DNA of 20,766 nt from the IMG/VR virus record IMGVR_UViG_2600254997_000022; one strand, written 5' to 3'. A program made the position numbers and the translations under genes. Of this stretch, positions 16,282-20,766 are shown in pieces. Positions within the stretch are counted from its first letter, which is position 1. The number at the start of each line of letters is the position of its first letter. This stretch comes from a virus (taxonomy: Duplodnaviria; Heunggongvirae; Uroviricota; Caudoviricetes). The notes beneath the pieces are model-generated. The model was not told where the DNA came from. It made no database searches and worked only from the letters and a program-made list of their open reading frames with translations.

Positions 16282-16788
16282 TTATAACCACATCACCGAA
16301 AAAAGTGTGAGTCTGGCTAACGGCACAGAAAAAGACGCTCGGCGCGTCCATGTGTCGCCTCGTACATTTCCGGGCTTGCGAAACCCGGCACCCGTTTTAT
16401 GAGGTGCCTTATAACCATAAACCGTGTTGCCGCATAACGGCAAGCTCTTTTTTATGGACTCCGAAAACTCACTATTGGAAGAACCAGAAGCACAGTACAT
16501 CGCGCTCATTTCGTTAACGTCACGCGCGTAGACGAATGTTTTTGTGGAGTCACTACACGAGCAGAACAGGTGATCTACGACCAGAAATTCTCTGGCGCAG
16601 CCGCTGACCTTCTCAACGCTAACACCATCGACCGTAATTTCTGACATAGTTAAGGCATCCGCTCCTACCACCAGCAAATGATAAACTTTGCTTGTATCTG
16701 CTATATTAATGTCTGACTTTGCTGTCATATTGCTGGATTTTGGCGACATACCAGCCAGTGAAAATATCTTCTTCTGGGCGGTTAGCAT
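16282..16788 (-). CDS. hypothetical Cys-rich protein, 168 aa (C-terminal part doubtful)
   Basis: GGAGG RBS, and the start overlaps the upstream stop (ATGCTAA). The 3' third runs through hairpin-rich sequence with atypical composition. Confidence 0.4.
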   Translation of the reverse strand: MLTAQKKIFSLAGMSPKSSNMTAKSDINIADTSKVYHLLVVGADALTMSEITVDGVSVEKVSGCAREFLVVDHLFCSCSDSTKTFVYARDVNEMSAMYCASGSSNSEFSESIKKSLPLCGNTVYGYKAPHKTGAGFRKPGNVRGDTWTRRASFSVPLARLTLFSVMWL

Positions 16789-16964
16789 TTGTTAACCTCC
16801 GTGAACTCCTTCATGAAACGTGCCAGCGGTTGTACGCATGGCGATTGATACCCGTCGCGATAAAACGTCACTCGGTTGTGAGACACGCTTTCGACAGTAA
16901 CGAGTGCTCCGTGGGCATCTTTGTAGCGTTTTTGGGGTTGTGGTGTTCCTGTCGGTTTAAACAT
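16782..16964 (-). CDS. hypothetical protein, 60 aa (ORF extends to 17051)
   Basis: Internal ATG at 16964 is preceded by GGAGG and overlaps the antirepressor stop. Confidence 0.45.
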   Translation of the reverse strand: MFKPTGTPQPQKRYKDAHGALVTVESVSHNRVTFYRDGYQSPCVQPLARFMKEFTEVNKC

Positions 16965-17790
16965 GGACCGCCTCCAGACGCTTGGCGAGCCAGCGTTGCG
17001 ACAGGCGGGTGAGTTCTCCTTTGCGCTGCTCATATTCCATGCCCATATCAATTAACGTGATATTGGTGCTTTCGAGATATGAGAGGTGCTCAAGCTGTTC
17101 TGCGTTCATATGGTCGCGAGGTTCGCCAGAATAGCCATTTATCCGCGCCCACTGCTTGGCAGTTAGCCCACCAAGAACGATACGAGAAATCATATTGCTC
17201 TCGTTTGTGTAGTGGTGTTGCTGCGTCGTTTTCCCCTGCTCGGCACGGGCCATATTCAGCGCATCGCACATTGGCTTAAAGTTGTTTGCGGCACTGATAC
17301 GGGCTTTTAGCTGGCGACGATAGCGGGCGGCGATTTCAGGCACGGTACGCTGTAATTCTTCCTCGCACTGGATGAAATAACGGCGGATAGCGCGACCCTG
17401 ATCATTGCGTTCGATCATTGCCAGTTCTTTCGCCATTCCGACACTTAACAGATAGTCTTTGCCGGGTCTGCCAGACTGCTTAATCTTGCTGTAAGCCGCG
17501 CCATTCGGGCTTTTCCCCAAATTTGGGGAAATTGTTTTATGGACTGAGTAATCGTGCCCAATGGTGAAGTCATATTCAGAGATGCGATCAGTGATCCATG
17601 TAGAGAAGTCTTTTCCCACGCCCAACGCTTTGTGTAACGCTTTTGCGCTAACAATATTGGTTTCACGCCCACCGATATGACCAGGAATAACCGGGACAAT
17701 TGCGGCAAATTCATTACCGTTAATTGTGCCCAGAGAGGCGTTCAGATGAGGGGCAGCCTCAGAAATTAATCTGCTTTTTTCGATGTTCAT
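16957..17790 (-). CDS. phage antirepressor (AntA/Bro-N-like N-terminal domain), 277 aa
   Basis: GGAGA RBS. Motifs ..LGVGKDFSTWITDRISEYDF..GHDY.. and ..AIRRYFIQCEEEL.. match my recollection of AntA-type antirepressor domains. Confidence 0.7.
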   Translation of the reverse strand: MNIEKSRLISEAAPHLNASLGTINGNEFAAIVPVIPGHIGGRETNIVSAKALHKALGVGKDFSTWITDRISEYDFTIGHDYSVHKTISPNLGKSPNGAAYSKIKQSGRPGKDYLLSVGMAKELAMIERNDQGRAIRRYFIQCEEELQRTVPEIAARYRRQLKARISAANNFKPMCDALNMARAEQGKTTQQHHYTNESNMISRIVLGGLTAKQWARINGYSGEPRDHMNAEQLEHLSYLESTNITLIDMGMEYEQRKGELTRLSQRWLAKRLEAVHV

Positions 17791-17802
17791 TTTCAGTCTC
17801 CG

Positions 17803-18234
17803 TTAGGCGGCGTTAAACGCGTCCGGGTAGAGTTTCAGAATGTCGGCAATTTCCTGCTGAGAAAGTCCGTTGTGATCATTTATGTTCGCAAGATGGTTAA
17901 CATGAGTGATCACTTTCAGAACATCACCACGGCAGGAGAAACGGTAGCGAAGGTGTGTTCCGATACCATCAGGATTCTTTTCGTCGATACGCTCCAGAGT
18001 GATTCCAAGCTGGCGTTCTAACTCTGTTGCATAGTTACGACCAGATGACAGACGGCAGTAGCGAAGAATGTCATTTTCTGTCCATCCCTCTATACCAGTA
18101 CGCAGCATATAGACTCTGGCACGATGCTTTTTCGGTGTGCGCTTTGGTGCTTGAAGGGATTTTGTAAGGGGCGTAACATCAGATACGCGAATATCTGAAT
18201 TAGCCGCCTGTAATGGGCGGTTTTTCTTTTCCAT
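17803..18234 (-). CDS. hypothetical protein, 143 aa; translationally coupled to alpA
   Basis: Its ATG overlaps the alpA stop (TGATG). Basic N-terminus; no domain recognised. Confidence 0.6.
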   Translation of the reverse strand: MEKKNRPLQAANSDIRVSDVTPLTKSLQAPKRTPKKHRARVYMLRTGIEGWTENDILRYCRLSSGRNYATELERQLGITLERIDEKNPDGIGTHLRYRFSCRGDVLKVITHVNHLANINDHNGLSQQEIADILKLYPDAFNAA

Positions 18235-18437
18235 CAGGCCACCTTCCCGCGGCGTTCTGCCAGCCAGTTGTGAATCTCAACCGCATCAAACGCAGTTATT
18301 TTTTCTCCCAGCTTTACCGGACGTGGTAGTGAACCGTTTCTTACTTTACGGTCGATGGTGGATACACTAACGCCCAGCAATTCAGCCAGGCGAAAGCGTC
18401 TGATATAGCCTTTTGTAGGGATAGTGTCGATGTTCAT
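18234..18437 (-). CDS. alpA: AlpA-family (CP4-57-type) HTH regulator, 67 aa
   Basis: RFRLAELLGVSVSTIDRKVRNGSLPRPVKLGEKITAFDAVEIHNWL matches the AlpA pattern; sits in the usual position inward of a P4-type integrase. Confidence 0.8.
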   Translation of the reverse strand: MNIDTIPTKGYIRRFRLAELLGVSVSTIDRKVRNGSLPRPVKLGEKITAFDAVEIHNWLAERRGKVA

Positions 18438-18500
18438 GATTCCCGTAACCTCTTAGCGATAGTTGTTGCTTCGTTACGAGAAATCTAGCTGTATAGATAT

Positions 18501-18532
18501 ACAATGAAAAGGTACTGTAATTTTGCAGTACC
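18501..18532 (-). terminator. putative intrinsic terminator after the 316-aa cargo ORF
   Basis: Inverted repeat GGTACTG-N8-CAGTACC followed on the minus strand by TTTTCATTG, 12 bp after the stop at 18544. Confidence 0.4.
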
Positions 18533-18543
18533 TCTATAGTAAG

Positions 18544-19494
18544 TTAACTATCCACTTTGCCATTTGCCGCAGATCGTAGATGTTTAAGAATTACATCTTC
18601 ATTAGTTATCATAAGTGGTGGAACTTCGTCTAAATGACGAACAAGACAGTCACGCCACTTCTCAGGGCTTATTTCTTTCCTTTCTCCCCTGCATTCATTT
18701 GGATACTTACTAAGTATATAAATTGCAGATTTTAATAGTTTCTCCCTATTGACTGCGTACCGTTCGGCACGTTTATTAACTTTTAGCGTATTTATATCAT
18801 TGGATAACTTGTTTGCGGATGGTTTGTGCATGGGTCTGTCATAAATATATTTTCCTCCATTTATAAGAAGATTGTATTCATAGTCAGTTATATACATTTT
18901 GTTTCGGCTTATTTCATACCAGCCGTCAATATAAAAAGCTCCGATTTCATAATTATTCGATTTGCTAAACTCGTCACATCTCGGAGGCATCAGTTCGCAT
19001 ACAGAGATCTCCCAATCATCCCATTCTGATAGCTCCCGCTCATCGTTATCTATGAACGCAGGCGGAATTGCTAATAGACCGCTCCATCTTTCGATATCTC
19101 TTTCATCCTTCCCAACATTATATCGCTCTATAACTGAGAAATGTTCTGATTTGTATGAAAACCTCATAAAATACATATAGTTATCGCTATTTTTATAATC
19201 AGGTGATGATAAGCCATATGATTCGAGATTATCTGCCTTATTGCTCAGATCAAGGAGATAATTCTCATGTGCTGCTTTTGTATCTATATGAAAAATACTA
19301 TCTGTTTCAACTTTAAGTAATTCTGGCTCGGCATCTTCATTTTTTGGGTAATGGTAAAACAATTCAATAGGTGGAATTTTTATACATATTTCTAAAACCC
19401 CAATTGCTGCATAGTGTATTAAATCGGATACTTCACATCCGGCCAGTTTGGCTGCTTTATCCAAAGAATAATATTTATGCGCAGGTAATTTCAT
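18544..19494 (-). CDS. AT-rich hypothetical protein with N-terminal HTH-like segment, 316 aa (cargo gene next to the integrase)
   Basis: Starts 19 bp after the integrase stop, with GAGAGGA 10 nt upstream. N-terminus YSLDKAAKLAGCEVSDLIHYAAIG is HTH-like; the remaining ~270 aa have no recognisable motif. Appears clearly lower in GC than its neighbours (estimated by eye, about 38%). Confidence 0.7.
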   Translation of the reverse strand: MKLPAHKYYSLDKAAKLAGCEVSDLIHYAAIGVLEICIKIPPIELFYHYPKNEDAEPELLKVETDSIFHIDTKAAHENYLLDLSNKADNLESYGLSSPDYKNSDNYMYFMRFSYKSEHFSVIERYNVGKDERDIERWSGLLAIPPAFIDNDERELSEWDDWEISVCELMPPRCDEFSKSNNYEIGAFYIDGWYEISRNKMYITDYEYNLLINGGKYIYDRPMHKPSANKLSNDINTLKVNKRAERYAVNREKLLKSAIYILSKYPNECRGERKEISPEKWRDCLVRHLDEVPPLMITNEDVILKHLRSAANGKVDS

Positions 19495-19512
19495 TATGAA
19501 TATTTCCTCTCA

Positions 19513-20766
19513 TCATGCTCTGATTGGCGTTACGTTGTAGTCTTTTCCGCTTTCCAGTGCCACCAGCAGATCTGCCCACTGTGCCAGTGCTGCTTTACGC
19601 TCATCAAAATACTGATGACGGTTATAAATCCCCTCTACGCCCTTAATGCGATGATTGAGGCATCGTTCCGCCACGACAGGATCAACACCCAATGCTGCTA
19701 AATGAGTACGTGCGGTGCGTCGGAAGTCGTGAATCGTGAAATTAGGCACATCCGGCATTTCGGCGCGAACCTTAGCCAGTGCTACGGGTAAAGTGCTTTC
19801 CTGAATATGTGGGATCATTCTGTTTTGCATCTTCCTGGCCGGAAGCACCCATGCGCTATTACATGAAAAGGTGTGTAGCTCTCTCAACCATTCAACGGCT
19901 GGGGAAGGTAGAGGTATATCAATAGGGTCTCCGTTTTTGCTGCGTTCTTCCGGCAAATGCCATACCGCACCATCTAAATCAAACTCTTCCCATCGTGCGG
20001 CGCATAACTCCATCTTACGAACGCATAGTGCCAGCAATAGTTTAAATGTCAGTTCGTTTTGGCGGCTGAATCCTTTTGCGGTGCGCATAGCCTCGAATAG
20101 CCTGATAAGCTCATCGCGAGTTAGCCAACGGTCGCGGGAAACCTCTTTACCACCAGCATCAGATACTTCAAACGCTGAACAAGGGTTTATCTCCAGAGCG
20201 TGGCGTTTTATCCCATAGTCAAAGATACGGCGTGTCCAGCGTAATACATCTGTTGCTATCGTTGGTGCTCCTCGGTCAACGATACCTTTCAACATGTCGT
20301 CAATGTGGCGTGGCTTAACGTCCTCTACCTTCATATGCCCAATGCAGGGGTTAATATCCTTATCAATTCTCCGGCGAAGGATATCGGGATGTTTCCATCT
20401 CGGAAGTATCTGGCGCTCGAAGTATTCGGAGGCCAGATCTGAAACACGCATGGCGTTTTTCTCAGCCTCCATTTTTGCCAGTGCTTCAGCTTTTCGTTCC
20501 TGTTTCTCTGCTGCTACGTCATAGCCAAGAGCAACTCTGGCTGACAGCTCTTTCGCTGTTTCTCTGGCTTTTGATAGTGACAGTTCGGAGTAAGAGCCTA
20601 TAACCATAGCCCGCTGCTTTCCTGCGAGCTTATAGCGGAATCGCCAGAACGGGACTGTGTAGTTTTTGGGGTAGCAAATATAAAGGCCGTTGCCGTCTGC
20701 CTTGCCATCAAATCTGTCTCCCGCCTTTATCCATGCGCGGATCTGCATATCTGTGAGTTTTGGCAT
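19513..20766 (-). CDS. int: tyrosine site-specific integrase, P4 family, 417 aa
   Basis: C-terminal catalytic region with HDFRRTARTH and NRHQY (catalytic Tyr). N-terminus MPKLTDMQIRAW...DGNGLY resembles P4-type integrase N-termini. The start codon is at the window edge. Confidence 0.9.
   Translation of the reverse strand: MPKLTDMQIRAWIKAGDRFDGKADGNGLYICYPKNYTVPFWRFRYKLAGKQRAMVIGSYSELSLSKARETAKELSARVALGYDVAAEKQERKAEALAKMEAEKNAMRVSDLASEYFERQILPRWKHPDILRRRIDKDINPCIGHMKVEDVKPRHIDDMLKGIVDRGAPTIATDVLRWTRRIFDYGIKRHALEINPCSAFEVSDAGGKEVSRDRWLTRDELIRLFEAMRTAKGFSRQNELTFKLLLALCVRKMELCAARWEEFDLDGAVWHLPEERSKNGDPIDIPLPSPAVEWLRELHTFSCNSAWVLPARKMQNRMIPHIQESTLPVALAKVRAEMPDVPNFTIHDFRRTARTHLAALGVDPVVAERCLNHRIKGVEGIYNRHQYFDERKAALAQWADLLVALESGKDYNVTPIRA

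Noticed and set aside
15938-16351. 5' extension of ORF 15719..16351 (210 aa)
   Set aside because: Only the last 72 codons follow a strong RBS (GGAGGTG); the extension overlaps the RBS-supported 64-aa gene in another frame and looks like non-coding translation.
18203-18230. Plus-strand terminator-like hairpin CCGCC-TGTAATG-GGCGG followed by a T-run
   Set aside because: It lies inside the 5' end of the 143-aa coding sequence, where the T-run encodes the Lys-Lys-Asn codons; no plus-strand transcript is evident to terminate.
1-20766. CRISPR array, rRNA or tRNA genes
   Set aside because: No regularly spaced direct repeats with unique spacers, and no T-arm (GGTTCGAATCC-type) or acceptor-stem signatures anywhere; the iteron arrays are short and unevenly spaced.

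Overview
This window is a mosaic mobile element of enterobacterial type, encoded almost entirely on the minus strand. All calls are from reading the sequence and recalled family signatures; no database search was run. From the right end: a P4-family tyrosine integrase (19513-20766, start at the window edge, so the att site is presumably just beyond), an AT-rich 316-aa cargo ORF, an AlpA-type regulator, a 143-aa ORF, an AntA-like antirepressor, about nine small translationally coupled ORFs, and a large zinc-ribbon/TOPRIM/P-loop primase-helicase (11000-13759). A GTTGGTTCA iteron array lies immediately 3' of the primase (10873-10974), and an inverted second copy of the same ~130-bp module lies 9.8 kb away (1045-1165), next to a PerC-family regulator gene and a second alpA-like gene on the plus strand. 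Between them is a tightly coupled operon resembling podovirus ejection/internal-virion proteins (153, 225, 439 aa, then a ~900-aa protein with an N-terminal lytic transglycosylase domain), preceded by a LexA-box-like operator next to a perfect TATAAT. The last gene is broken twice: by an IS629-like IS3-family element (5919-7229, GTT target duplication, reading frame preserved across the insertion) and by a frameshift at an A6 run. No capsid, terminase or tail genes, and no rRNA, tRNA or CRISPR, are visible. The most likely reading is a phage-satellite-like or decaying prophage island; the strongest candidates for something undescribed are the integrase-proximal 316-aa ORF, the ejection-protein operon with its SOS-type operator, and the bipartite iteron origin. 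Most small ORFs have no assignable function.
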